Source: an uncultured Gammaproteobacteria bacterium (GTDB lineage Bacteria > Patescibacteriota > Microgenomatia > UBA8517). Taken from it: a stretch of DNA of 55,858 nucleotides. Below the pieces are notes generated by a model. It made no database searches and was not told the origin of the DNA. It was given only the letters and a program-made list of their open reading frames with translations. This document shows, piece after piece, positions 17,845 through 26,494 of the stretch. Each line of letters begins with the position of its first letter. Position 1 is the stretch's first letter. Location of the stretch: the NCBI GenBank assembly GCA_964506225.1, contig CAZDKH010000009.1, forward strand, positions 1-55,858, given 5' to 3'. The translations under genes were made by a program, and so were the position numbers.

Positions 17845-18572
17845 TGGTAGCAGCACTAACAGCAAGACAGATCCAAATATTACGCGCTTTAATTGATGAG
17901 TATATTGCCACAGCCGAACCTGTGGGTTCCTTGGCTTTGGAAAAAAAATACAATCTAGGAGTTTCTCCTGCAACCATAAGAAAAGAGATGTTTGATCTTA
18001 CTAAAATGAATTATTTACGCCAGCCGCACACTTCTGCTGGAAGAGTACCAACGCCATTGGCCATGAAATTTTATATTGATCAACTTATGGAGGAAAAGCA
18101 GATGAGTTTGACCGAGGAGGTTAAGGCAAAAGAACAGGTAAGAGAGGTAAGGCAAAATTTTGATAAGCTTATGAATCAAGTTACAAACGCCTTGGCTCAA
18201 CAGACTCACGCTTTGGCTGTTGCTACAACCGAGGAGGGAGATAGTTGGAGGGCGGGTTATGGAAATATAATGGATGCACCAGAATTTTCAGATATAGGAG
18301 TTTGCAGAAGTGTTTTTTCAATTCTTGAAGAGACCAGAAAATTACATGAGCTTTTTTTTGAGAGATTAACTGGTTTAAGCCCGATTGAGATTCTTTTTGG
18401 TGAAGAGTTGGGTTGGGATTATTTTGAACCTGTGGGAGTGGTTGCAACAAGATTTATAGTCAAAGACAAAAACGGTGCAATTGGAGTAATTGGTCCTTTT
18501 AGACAAAATTATCCTTATGTAATTCCTGTTGTGAGGTATTTTGGAAGACTTATTCAAGAGATGGCACAATGA
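17844..18572 (+). CDS. hrcA: Heat-inducible transcription repressor HrcA (short form)
   Basis: LTARQIQILRALIDEYIATAEPVGSLALEKKY...SPATIRKEM...LRQPHTSAGRVPT. The ATG at 17844 is preferred because the TTG at 17808 lies inside the murJ stop/CIRCE region. Followed by grpE-dnaK. Confidence 0.85.
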   Translation: MVAALTARQIQILRALIDEYIATAEPVGSLALEKKYNLGVSPATIRKEMFDLTKMNYLRQPHTSAGRVPTPLAMKFYIDQLMEEKQMSLTEEVKAKEQVREVRQNFDKLMNQVTNALAQQTHALAVATTEEGDSWRAGYGNIMDAPEFSDIGVCRSVFSILEETRKLHELFFERLTGLSPIEILFGEELGWDYFEPVGVVATRFIVKDKNGAIGVIGPFRQNYPYVIPVVRYFGRLIQEMAQ

Positions 18573-19027
18573 AAGGGAGAAAAGTTAAAAAGCAAGAAAA
18601 AGAAAGTTTAGACTTGGAACTTTTAAAAAACCAACTTGCGCGAGCCTTGGCAGATTATGACAATTTAAGAAAAAGGGTTGAGAAGGAGAGAGAGGATTTG
18701 AGGCAACTTGCAGCTTTAAAAATAATTGCTAAACTTTTATCAGTTTATGATATGTTTGTTTCGGCCCAAAAGCACCTTAATGATTCCGGCTTGGCGATAG
18801 CTATAGGAGAGTTTAGAAAGGTTTTTGAAGAAGAAGGAGTTATGGAGATTGAGGTTAAAAAGGGAGAGCTTTTTGATGCCAGTGTCCATGAGGCAGTTGA
18901 GGTGACCGAAGACAAAAACTTAAAAGATGGAGAGATTCTTGAAGTTTTGCTGTCAGGGTGGAAATTTAAGGATGGTTTGGTTATAAGACACGCGAAAGTG
19001 AAAGTAAATAAAATTAAAAAAAATTAA
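18569..19027 (+). CDS. grpE: Nucleotide exchange factor GrpE (short)
   Basis: LARALADYDNLRKRVEKE motif, C-terminal beta domain, position between hrcA and dnaK. Confidence 0.85.
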   Translation: MKGRKVKKQEKESLDLELLKNQLARALADYDNLRKRVEKEREDLRQLAALKIIAKLLSVYDMFVSAQKHLNDSGLAIAIGEFRKVFEEEGVMEIEVKKGELFDASVHEAVEVTEDKNLKDGEILEVLLSGWKFKDGLVIRHAKVKVNKIKKN

Positions 19028-19033
19028 CTTACT

Positions 19034-20947
19034 ATGAGTAAAATTGTAGGAATTGATTTAGGAACAACAAATTCGGTTGTAGCGGTAATGGAGGGAGGAC
19101 GTCCCAAAGTCATTCCTGCGGCCGATACAGGGCGCAATATCACCCCTTCGGTTGTTGAGCCTGTCAAAAACTTGGTTGGGGATGTTGCCAAAAGGCAAAT
19201 GATACTAAATCCCAAGAATACTATTTATTCTGTGAAGCGACTGATGGGAAGAAGAGTTGATGATGTTGAGGTTCAGAGGACTAAAAAGATGGTTCCTTAT
19301 GAGATTACCTCTGCCAAGGACAGAATGGCTGTTATCGAGGTTGAGGGTAAAACTTATACTCCCCAGGAGATTTCTGCGCGGATTCTTATGAAACTTAAAA
19401 AAGACGCTGAGGCGTATCTTGGGGAGAGTGTGGACTCAGCAGTGATTACAGTCCCTGCCTATTTTGACGATGCGCAGCGCCAGGCTACCAAACAGGCTGG
19501 TGAGATTGCAGGACTGAAGGTTGAAAGAATTATAAACGAGCCAACAGCAGCTGCACTTGCTTATGGCATGGATAAGAAAAATGCCCAAAAAATTGCTGTT
19601 TATGATTTAGGGGGAGGAACTTTTGATATTTCCATTCTGGAGCTTGGGGAAGGAGTTTTTGAGGTTAAGGCAACAAATGGCGATACACACTTGGGGGGAG
19701 ATGATTTTGACGAGAAGATAGTTGATTGGATTTGCGATGAATTCAAAAAAGAAAATGCTGTTGACCTTAGGGCTGACAAACAGGCTTTGCAGCGTGTTCG
19801 GGATGCTGCTGAGAAGGCCAAGATTGAGTTGTCTGCAGCAGGCGAAGTTGAGATAAACCAGCCCTATATTACTCAAAAGGATGGCCAGCCACTTCACTTA
19901 ACCCTCAAGCTGACTCGGGCGAAGCTGGAAAGTTTGGTTGAAGATTTGCTTGAGAAAACAATGAAACCAGTTGAGGCTTGCCTTAAAGACGCGAAATTAG
20001 ATCCTCATGAGATTGATGAAGTGATTTTAGTTGGGGGGATGACCAGAATGCCCAAAGTTATAGAGTTGGTTAAGGATTATTTTGGTAAAGAACCCAACAA
20101 ATCGGTCAATCCAGATGAGGTGGTTGCGGTTGGCGCTGCCATTCAGGCTGGAGTTTTGGGAGGAGAGGTTAAAGATATTCTTCTTTTGGATGTTACTCCC
20201 CTAACCTTGGCAATTGAAACCTTGGGTCATGTAGCAACTCCCATGATTCCCAGAAACACGACAATACCAACAAGTAAGACCGAAATCTTCTCAACTGCAG
20301 CTGATAATCAAACTCAGGTTGAAATTCATGTCACTCAAGGAGAAAGGCCGTTAGCCCCAGACAATAAAAGTTTGGGAAGGTTTATCTTGGACGGGATTCC
20401 ACCTGCTCCTCGTGGAGTTCCTCAGATTGAGGTTACTTTTGATATTGATGCCTCAGGAATCCTGAAAGTTACCGCGAAAGACAAGGCAACCGGTAAAACC
20501 CAAAATATAACAATCACAGGAGCGGTTGGTTTGTCGGATGAGGAAATCAAAAGGATGCAGGAGGAGGCAGAGAAACACAAAGAGGAAGACCGAAAGAAAG
20601 CAGAGGCGGTTGAAGCCAGAAACAAGGCGGACGCAATGGTTGCTGCTGCCGAAAAAGCACTCAAAGACGCTGGAGATAAAGCACCAAAAGATGTAAAAGA
20701 AAAAGTTGAAGAAAAGATAAAGGCAGTTAAAGATGAATTGGCAAAGACTGATGTAAACAAAGAGGATTTGGATAAGAAAGTGGCTGAACTTTCTGAAGAA
20801 TTGCAAAAAGTGGGCCAGGCGATGTATCAAGGACAACAGGCGGCTGGACAGCAAGGTAGCCAGACAGAGCAAGATAAAGAAAAGGAAAAAAATAAAAGCA
20901 AAAAAGATGGAGAAGAGAAGGTTGAAGAGGGGGAGGTAGTTGAGTAG
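19034..20947 (+). CDS. dnaK: Molecular chaperone DnaK (Hsp70)
   Basis: [36 protein letters not shown]. Confidence 0.97.
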   Translation: MSKIVGIDLGTTNSVVAVMEGGRPKVIPAADTGRNITPSVVEPVKNLVGDVAKRQMILNPKNTIYSVKRLMGRRVDDVEVQRTKKMVPYEITSAKDRMAVIEVEGKTYTPQEISARILMKLKKDAEAYLGESVDSAVITVPAYFDDAQRQATKQAGEIAGLKVERIINEPTAAALAYGMDKKNAQKIAVYDLGGGTFDISILELGEGVFEVKATNGDTHLGGDDFDEKIVDWICDEFKKENAVDLRADKQALQRVRDAAEKAKIELSAAGEVEINQPYITQKDGQPLHLTLKLTRAKLESLVEDLLEKTMKPVEACLKDAKLDPHEIDEVILVGGMTRMPKVIELVKDYFGKEPNKSVNPDEVVAVGAAIQAGVLGGEVKDILLLDVTPLTLAIETLGHVATPMIPRNTTIPTSKTEIFSTAADNQTQVEIHVTQGERPLAPDNKSLGRFILDGIPPAPRGVPQIEVTFDIDASGILKVTAKDKATGKTQNITITGAVGLSDEEIKRMQEEAEKHKEEDRKKAEAVEARNKADAMVAAAEKALKDAGDKAPKDVKEKVEEKIKAVKDELAKTDVNKEDLDKKVAELSEELQKVGQAMYQGQQAAGQQGSQTEQDKEKEKNKSKKDGEEKVEEGEVVE

Positions 20948-20957
20948 ATTTAGGGAG

Positions 20958-20977
20958 TGTATCGATACATTAAAACA
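20958..20977. repeat. Second copy of the palindrome core (TGTATCGATACATTAAaACA) between convergent dnaK and vapC
   Basis: 16 consecutive nt identical to 1973-1988, and 19/20 over the extended match. Confidence 0.85.
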
Positions 20978-20983
20978 ATTGAA

Positions 20984-21376
20984 TTACTTTACTTCTTGAT
21001 ATTTCTCGTATTTTTTGAAAATCTTCATAAGTTTTATGTCAAAGCTTTCTAGCTTTGCTTTGTTTTCTAGGGTCTCTGCGATCAGGAGGCAATCGTAAAA
21101 GCTTATGTTTTCGCCTTTGTAGATTGTTAAGGCTAGAGGAGTAAATTGCGGTGATGAGATATTTGGTTGTTTGATAAAGGCAAACAGACTCTCACAAATA
21201 TCTAATTTTCTTGCTTGGTAATGATTTTCTAGAATAAAGACAGTTTCGGCTAAAACAATTGTGGCTATGTAGATTTTTTTGGTTTTGGAAAGTGTCTCTT
21301 TTGCTTTTTGTGCTTGTTCTGGTATGTCTTTGGTAAAAAAGCGAATAAGATAATTAGTATCCAGATAGATTGTCAT
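20984..21376 (-). CDS. vapC: PIN-domain toxin, VapC family
   Basis: IYLDTNYLIRF (first acidic residue), LAETVF, FYDCLL, SFD. 4-nt overlap with the upstream antitoxin. Confidence 0.8.
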   Translation of the reverse strand: MTIYLDTNYLIRFFTKDIPEQAQKAKETLSKTKKIYIATIVLAETVFILENHYQARKLDICESLFAFIKQPNISSPQFTPLALTIYKGENISFYDCLLIAETLENKAKLESFDIKLMKIFKKYEKYQEVK

Positions 21377-21618
21377 TTATCTTTTTGTGAGAAGAGCTTG
21401 GTTCTTATCAGTTTATCAAGTTTTTTGTTGCTTAAAGGTTTTACTTTAGGATTGGCTAATTTGCCATATAGAGAATCAATAGTTGCAAGCTTTGAAATAA
21501 GAATTTGTCCATTAACGAGGCTAAAAATGACTTTGTCGGTAGGTTTGATGCCTACCTTTTTTCGCAGTTCGGTCGGGATAGTTATTTGTCCCTTGCTGGT
21601 AACGGTTGATATTTGCAT
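21373..21618 (-). CDS. vapB: AbrB/SpoVT-MazE-fold antitoxin (VapB-type)
   Basis: VTSKGQITIPTELRKKVGIKPTDKVIF is the swapped-hairpin AbrB-type DNA-binding motif. Confidence 0.8.
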   Translation of the reverse strand: MQISTVTSKGQITIPTELRKKVGIKPTDKVIFSLVNGQILISKLATIDSLYGKLANPKVKPLSNKKLDKLIRTKLFSQKDK

Positions 21619-21627
21619 GATTCTTAC

Positions 21628-21656
21628 ATTTTATTGATTGTATTACGAATTGTCAA
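21628..21656 (-). promoter_or_regulatory. Putative vapBC promoter (TTGACA-17-TAAAAT)
   Basis: On the minus strand, TTGACA at 21656-21651 and TAAAAT at 21633-21628. Only 9 nt separate the -10 from the ATG (near-leaderless). Confidence 0.45.
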
Positions 21657-21678
21657 TGGTAAGAATTATTGTATTGTT

Positions 21679-21702
21679 TATCACTGTACTAGTACAGTGA
21701 TA
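21679..21702. promoter_or_regulatory. 24-bp perfect palindrome TATCACTGTACT/AGTACAGTGATA between the divergent vapB and dnaJ promoters
   Basis: Read directly. It lies 22 bp upstream of the vapB -35 and about 30 bp upstream of the dnaJ -10. Confidence 0.5.
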
Positions 21703-21729
21703 CAAATGGCTTTTTCTTTTTAAAGAGTA

Positions 21730-21738
21730 TGGTATAAG
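21730..21738 (+). promoter_or_regulatory. Extended -10 element (TGgTATAAG) of the putative dnaJ promoter
   Basis: TG-N-TATAAG lies 20 nt upstream of CIRCE-2. Confidence 0.35.
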
Positions 21739-21758
21739 AGATTTCGATTGTTTCGGGC

Positions 21759-21785
21759 TTAGCAATCATTTAAATTGAGTGCTTA
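21759..21785 (+). promoter_or_regulatory. Second CIRCE operator, upstream of dnaJ
   Basis: TTAGCAATC-atttaaatt-GAGTGCTTA: one mismatch per arm to the consensus, 9-nt spacer, 32 nt upstream of the dnaJ ATG. Confidence 0.7.
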
Positions 21786-21817
21786 ACAGTTTGTGAATAA
21801 AATGCTATTATTACTTC

Positions 21818-22690
21818 ATGGCAAATTCAAAGGTTGATTATTACGACATTCTGGGTATCTCCAAAAACGCCTCTGCCGATGAAATAAAAAAGGCTTACAG
21901 AAAGCAGGCTTTGGAGTGGCATCCCGACAGGCATAAAGATGATAAAGAGGCAGCAGAGAAACGTTTTAAGGAGATAAATGAGGCGTATCAGGTGCTTTCT
22001 GACCCCCAAAAAAGGGCCGCGTATGATCAGTTTGGCCACGCTGCCTTTGCTCCTGGTGGAGGTATGGGGGCAGGGAGCCCTTTTGGGCAGCAATCAGGAA
22101 GGTGGGGACCATTTACTTATACATATACCACTTCAGGAGGCTCTCCTTTTGCTGGTTTTGACTTTGGGGACCCGTTTGAAATTTTCGAGCAATTTTTTGG
22201 CGGAGGAAGTCCTTTTGCTAGAGTTCAAAGGAAACCCAGATACTCTATAACCCTTGATTTTATGGAGGCAGCTCACGGTGTTGAAAAGGAAGTTTCTATT
22301 GAAGGCAAGAAAAGAAAGATAAAAATTCCGGCTGGTGTGGATGATGGCACAAGAGTTGATTTTAATGATTTTGTTTTGTCTGTAAATGTAAGGCCGCATG
22401 AGATTTTTGAGAGGGATGGAGCTGATGTTTTTGTTAGGGTTGAGATTCCCTTTTCTTTGGCTGCTTTGGGAGGGGAGATTTCTGTTCCTACTATTGATGG
22501 GGAAGTAAAAATAAAGATTCGTCCCGGAACCCAGCCCGGCAGCATGATTAGACTTAGAGATAGAGGATTGCCATTTTTGCGCCACAGGGGTCGTGGAGAT
22601 GAGTATGTCCGAATCCTGGTTCATATTCCCGAGAGCCTTACCCGAGAGCAAAGAAAGCTGATTGAGAAGATGAGAGAAGAGGGTTTGTGA
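21818..22690 (+). CDS. dnaJ: J-domain co-chaperone, DnaJ/CbpA-like (type II: no Cys-rich zinc-finger domain)
   Basis: J domain DYYDILGISKNASADEIKKAYRKQALEWHPDR, G/F-rich region, two C-terminal beta domains. No CxxCxGxG repeats anywhere in the 290 aa. Confidence 0.85.
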   Translation: MANSKVDYYDILGISKNASADEIKKAYRKQALEWHPDRHKDDKEAAEKRFKEINEAYQVLSDPQKRAAYDQFGHAAFAPGGGMGAGSPFGQQSGRWGPFTYTYTTSGGSPFAGFDFGDPFEIFEQFFGGGSPFARVQRKPRYSITLDFMEAAHGVEKEVSIEGKKRKIKIPAGVDDGTRVDFNDFVLSVNVRPHEIFERDGADVFVRVEIPFSLAALGGEISVPTIDGEVKIKIRPGTQPGSMIRLRDRGLPFLRHRGRGDEYVRILVHIPESLTREQRKLIEKMREEGL

Positions 22691-22696
22691 AATTGT

Positions 22697-22725
22697 TTGA
22701 CTTCAAAAGACTTTTGGAGTAAGAT
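22697..22725 (+). promoter_or_regulatory. Putative nusA-infB promoter (TTGACT-17-TAAGAT)
   Basis: Read directly in the dnaJ-nusA spacer. Confidence 0.4.
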
Positions 22726-22791
22726 AGATCTTGGAATTTTAAGAGTTATGGTTAGGAAGTGGTGGGACGAGTGCCCACCTTTTTTAATAAT

Positions 22792-23838
22792 ATGGCAGCA
22801 CAAATACCAAGAACAGAGTTTGCCCAAGCATTAAAAGCTATAGCCACAGAACGTGGTTTAGATCCCGAAGTTATTGTTGGTACAATTAAACAGGCGATTG
22901 TAGCTGCCTACAAAAGAGACGCACGCGAACAGGGAATTGAGGTTGATGAATTTGATTATGATGTGGATCTTAATTCCGTTTCGGGTGAGGTGAAGATCTT
23001 TGCTTGGCCACTTGGAAAGCCCGAAGAAAAAAAAGATGTTACTCCACCGGGATTTGGCCGAATAGCTGCGCAAACTGCAAAACAGGTAATTCATCAGAAA
23101 ATCCGAGAGGCTGAAAGAAACTCGATTATGGATGAATTTAGTGGTCGTGTTGGATCGTTAATTTCTGGAATGATTTTAAGATTCGATGGACCAAACGTTA
23201 GGGTTGATCTGGGCAGAACAGAGGGTATAATGCCAGCATCTGAAAGAATTCCCAGCGAGCGTCTTAATCCTAATCAACGTCTTACATTTCTACTAAAGAG
23301 TATAGAGGATACCCCTCGTGGAAAACAAATTATTCTCTCAAGGTCAGACCCTGAGTTTGTTGTTAAGCTCTTTGCCCGCGAAGTGCCGGAGATAACTTCT
23401 GGAAGTGTTGAAGTGAAGGCTGTAGCAAGAGAAGCGGGAGTGCGATCTAAAATTGCCGTTTACTCAAGTCAAAGTGGAGTTGACCCTGTTGGAAGCTGTG
23501 TTGGCCAAAAGGGTGTTCGTGTTCAGGCTGTTACCAATGAGCTGGGCGGAGAAAAAGTGGACATTATTCCTTGGACTGAAGATCAAAAAGAACTTATAAA
23601 ATCAGCCCTTGCCCCCGTTGAGGCTCTTGAAATTACACTTGATTCAAAAAACAAAAGTGCTAAGGTGCGAGTCGCCGACGAGCAACTTTCCCTTGCTATT
23701 GGTAAAGAAGGCCAAAATGTAAAACTTGCAATGAAGTTGACTGGTTGGAACATTGAAATTCAGGGTACAGGTAATCCTTTAAGTTCAAAAAAGAAATCTT
23801 TAAAGACAAAGAGCAAAAAAAGACAAGACCAAGCGTAA
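22792..23838 (+). CDS. nusA: Transcription termination/antitermination factor NusA
   Basis: S1 and two KH domains (GVDPVGSCVGQKGVRVQAV..., LSLAIGKEGQNVKLAMKLTGW). Start uncertain: ATG at 22792 or GTG at 22759. Confidence 0.9.
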   Translation: MAAQIPRTEFAQALKAIATERGLDPEVIVGTIKQAIVAAYKRDAREQGIEVDEFDYDVDLNSVSGEVKIFAWPLGKPEEKKDVTPPGFGRIAAQTAKQVIHQKIREAERNSIMDEFSGRVGSLISGMILRFDGPNVRVDLGRTEGIMPASERIPSERLNPNQRLTFLLKSIEDTPRGKQIILSRSDPEFVVKLFAREVPEITSGSVEVKAVAREAGVRSKIAVYSSQSGVDPVGSCVGQKGVRVQAVTNELGGEKVDIIPWTEDQKELIKSALAPVEALEITLDSKNKSAKVRVADEQLSLAIGKEGQNVKLAMKLTGWNIEIQGTGNPLSSKKKSLKTKSKKRQDQA

Positions 23839-23873
23839 GTAGATGGGAAGTTACCTACCCATAATTAATAACT

Positions 23874-25295
23874 ATGGACAGAGAAGGTGTATCTCAGCAG
23901 AATTCGTATGTAAGACCTCCGGTTGTTGTGGTTTTGGGCCATGTAGATCATGGTAAAACAACACTTCTTGATGCAATAAGAAAAACCAATGAAGCTTCCA
24001 GGGAAGCCGGTGGAATTACCCAAAGAATCGGAGCTTCAATTGCCATAACTCAAAATAAAAGACGCATTACTTTTATAGATACACCGGGACATGCGGCTTT
24101 TACTCAAATGCGCTCCAGGGGGGTGGAAGTTGCAGATATTGCTATTCTGGTTGTTGCGGCTGATGATGGCGTACAGCCACAAACCAAAGAGGCATTAAAG
24201 ATTATTCGTGAGGCTCAAATACCATTCATCGTTGCTATAACCAAAACAGATCTTCCTTCAGCTAACATGGAGGTTGTTAGAGACGAGCTTGAGAAAGAAG
24301 GGGTGGCTTTTGAAAAAAGAGGGGGGGATGTTCCGTTAATTCCTGTCTCTGCAAAAAAAGGCGAAGGTATTAATGAGCTTTTAGAGATAATTCTTTTAGT
24401 CTCAGATCTTGCGAATATAAAAACTAAAATAGAAGCCCCATTGGAAGCGGTTGTTATAGAAACAAGCAAAGATAGAAGGGGAATTTTGGTCTCAGTTATT
24501 GTCAAAAACGGGGTACTCAAAAAAGGACAAAAGATTTCTGCAGACGGTAACACCTGTAAGATTCGGGGATTATTTAATGACAAGAATATCAAGGTGGACT
24601 CCATCTACCCAGGTGAACCAGCACTTATACTGGGGTTTGAGTCTTTTCCCGCTGTTGGATCTTTAATTACTCAGGTGGGAAATATTGATAAAAAGGTTAC
24701 AGAGGCTCCTTTTTGGAAAGCAAAGGAACCAAAAAAAGAAGGATTGCCAATAATCTTAAAGACACAAAGCGCTGGAGTGATGGAGAGTATTCTAGAGAAT
24801 TTACCAGAGAAAGTAATTGTTGTAGCAGCTGGAGTTGGGGAAGTAAACGAAACCGACGTTTTTACTGCAAAGACTACAGGAACAAAATATATTTTTGTAT
24901 TTGCTGCTAAGGTGCCGTCTTCAGTAAAAAAACTTGCCGAGACCGAAGGAGTTAAAATAGAGGAATATGAGGTCATTTATGAACTTTTTAGGCGTTTTGA
25001 AGAACTTCTTAAGGAAGGTCAAGAAAAAGTTATCGGAAAAGCGCAGATACTTGCAACCTTTCCTTTTGATGGCAGGAAAGTAGCTGGCTGTAAAGTAATT
25101 GAGGGAGAGATTTCTAAAGTGAATAAATTAATTCTAAAACGCGCTGATAAAATTCTGGGCGAGGTGAAAATCATTTCTATGAAAAGACAGAAGCAAGATA
25201 TAAATATTGCCAAGGTTGGTGAGGAATTTGGAGTTCTTATTGAGCCCGAGCTTGATTTTGTAATCGGTGATATGATACTATCGGTTGCAAAGTAA
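23874..25295 (+). CDS. infB: Translation initiation factor IF-2, minimal form (473 aa, no N-terminal extension)
   Basis: [34 protein letters not shown]. Position after nusA. Confidence 0.9.
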   Translation: MDREGVSQQNSYVRPPVVVVLGHVDHGKTTLLDAIRKTNEASREAGGITQRIGASIAITQNKRRITFIDTPGHAAFTQMRSRGVEVADIAILVVAADDGVQPQTKEALKIIREAQIPFIVAITKTDLPSANMEVVRDELEKEGVAFEKRGGDVPLIPVSAKKGEGINELLEIILLVSDLANIKTKIEAPLEAVVIETSKDRRGILVSVIVKNGVLKKGQKISADGNTCKIRGLFNDKNIKVDSIYPGEPALILGFESFPAVGSLITQVGNIDKKVTEAPFWKAKEPKKEGLPIILKTQSAGVMESILENLPEKVIVVAAGVGEVNETDVFTAKTTGTKYIFVFAAKVPSSVKKLAETEGVKIEEYEVIYELFRRFEELLKEGQEKVIGKAQILATFPFDGRKVAGCKVIEGEISKVNKLILKRADKILGEVKIISMKRQKQDINIAKVGEEFGVLIEPELDFVIGDMILSVAK

Positions 25296-26141
25296 ATGGA
25301 ACAATCTTTTGCAAAATTAATTGCCCAGGTTCGATCCCCGCTCATCCTTTTACCCACGAATCCACATCTAGATAATGTGGCGGCGGGACTTTCTTTATAT
25401 CTGGCGCTTAAAGAGGATAAAGCGCCGGCTATCTCCTGTGCTACCCCAATGCTTGTAGAACACAATAGGCTGGTGGGAGTTGATGCAGTGGGACAAGATA
25501 CTGGGAATAAGAATTTGGTGATACGCTTTGCCAATTATCAGGCTACTGAGATCGAAAGAGTTTCCTACGACATTGAAAATCAAGAGTTTAAACTTACCGT
25601 TATTCCAAAGCCTCAAGTGTCTCCGCCCAGAAAGGATCAGGTAGAACTTTCGTATTCAGGTCTTTCTTCTGATCTGGTTGTCTTGGTCGGAGGAACAGAT
25701 AAAGCTCATTTCCCGGCACTGGGAAAAGAAGATTTTACCGGAGGTAAAGTTGTTCACATTGGTATAAGACATCTTGAGGATTCTGAAAATTTGTTGCATT
25801 TAGCATTTGTTAAACTTGCTTCTTCAATTTCAGAACTTATGTTTAGTCTTCTTAAAGAAAGTGGTTATAAGTTAAGAGAGGATATAGCAACCAATCTTCT
25901 TTTGGGGATAGAAGAAGGCAGTAATAATTTTACTTCAGAGGGAGTTACAGCTGAGACTTTTGAAATGGTTGCTGAGCTTATTAGAAAAGGAGGCAGACGC
26001 ACTCCTAAGGACGCTTTTGCTTTAAAGAAGAAATTCTTTCCTCCCGGAGCAATTCCCGAAACTTCTTTTCAAGTTAAGAAAGATGAGCCCCCCAGAAGCT
26101 GGCTTGAGCCAAAAATCTACAAAGGAACTAGCATAAGTTAG
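25296..26141 (+). CDS. DHH-domain (NrnA-like) protein with degenerate catalytic motifs; no DHHA1 domain
   Basis: The layout parallels the NrnA DHH domain (PLILLPTNPHLDNVAAGLSL, DLVVLVGGTD, VVHIGIRH, LLLGIEEGSNNF), but DHH is IRH and GDTG is EEGS. Its position after infB mirrors the infB-rbfA-nrnA neighbourhoods of other bacteria. Confidence 0.4.
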   Translation: MEQSFAKLIAQVRSPLILLPTNPHLDNVAAGLSLYLALKEDKAPAISCATPMLVEHNRLVGVDAVGQDTGNKNLVIRFANYQATEIERVSYDIENQEFKLTVIPKPQVSPPRKDQVELSYSGLSSDLVVLVGGTDKAHFPALGKEDFTGGKVVHIGIRHLEDSENLLHLAFVKLASSISELMFSLLKESGYKLREDIATNLLLGIEEGSNNFTSEGVTAETFEMVAELIRKGGRRTPKDAFALKKKFFPPGAIPETSFQVKKDEPPRSWLEPKIYKGTSIS

Positions 26142-26148
26142 AATACTG

Positions 26149-26157
26149 TGATACAAT
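26149..26157 (+). promoter_or_regulatory. Extended -10 element TGaTACAAT upstream of rpsO
   Basis: Same TGnTACAAT form as the element upstream of fusA. About 55 nt from the rpsO ATG. Confidence 0.3.
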
Positions 26158-26213
26158 TTCTTTTGATGTAAACAAGGTTTGCTGAAAATCGGCTTACTTT
26201 GTTTCACACGGCC

Positions 26214-26483
26214 ATGGCTTTATCAAGTCAAGAAAAACAAGAAATAATTAAAAAATTTGCACGCGAGAAGGGTGACACTGGTTCCCCAGAGGTCCAGATA
26301 GCACTTCTTACAGCTCAAATTAACAAATTGGTTGAGCATCTTAATACACATCACAAAGATGTACATTCCCGACGCGGACTTTTATCTATGGTTGCGAAAA
26401 GAAGAAGACTTCTTAGTTATTTGAAAAAGCGCGCTCAAGATAGATATGATACCCTGATTAAGGAACTTGGTTTGAAAAAATAA
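26214..26483 (+). CDS. rpsO: 30S ribosomal protein S15
   Basis: [48 protein letters not shown] at 26214 preferred over TTG at 26199. Confidence 0.9.
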   Translation: MALSSQEKQEIIKKFAREKGDTGSPEVQIALLTAQINKLVEHLNTHHKDVHSRRGLLSMVAKRRRLLSYLKKRAQDRYDTLIKELGLKK

Positions 26484-26494
26484 TCGTTTCTCCG

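Noticed and set aside
20958-20969. The palindrome TGTATCGATACA after dnaK, considered as a bidirectional intrinsic terminator.
   Set aside because: The stem would be only about 4-5 bp with an AT-rich context and no flanking T-run, which is unlikely to terminate efficiently. It is reported instead as a repeated palindromic motif.
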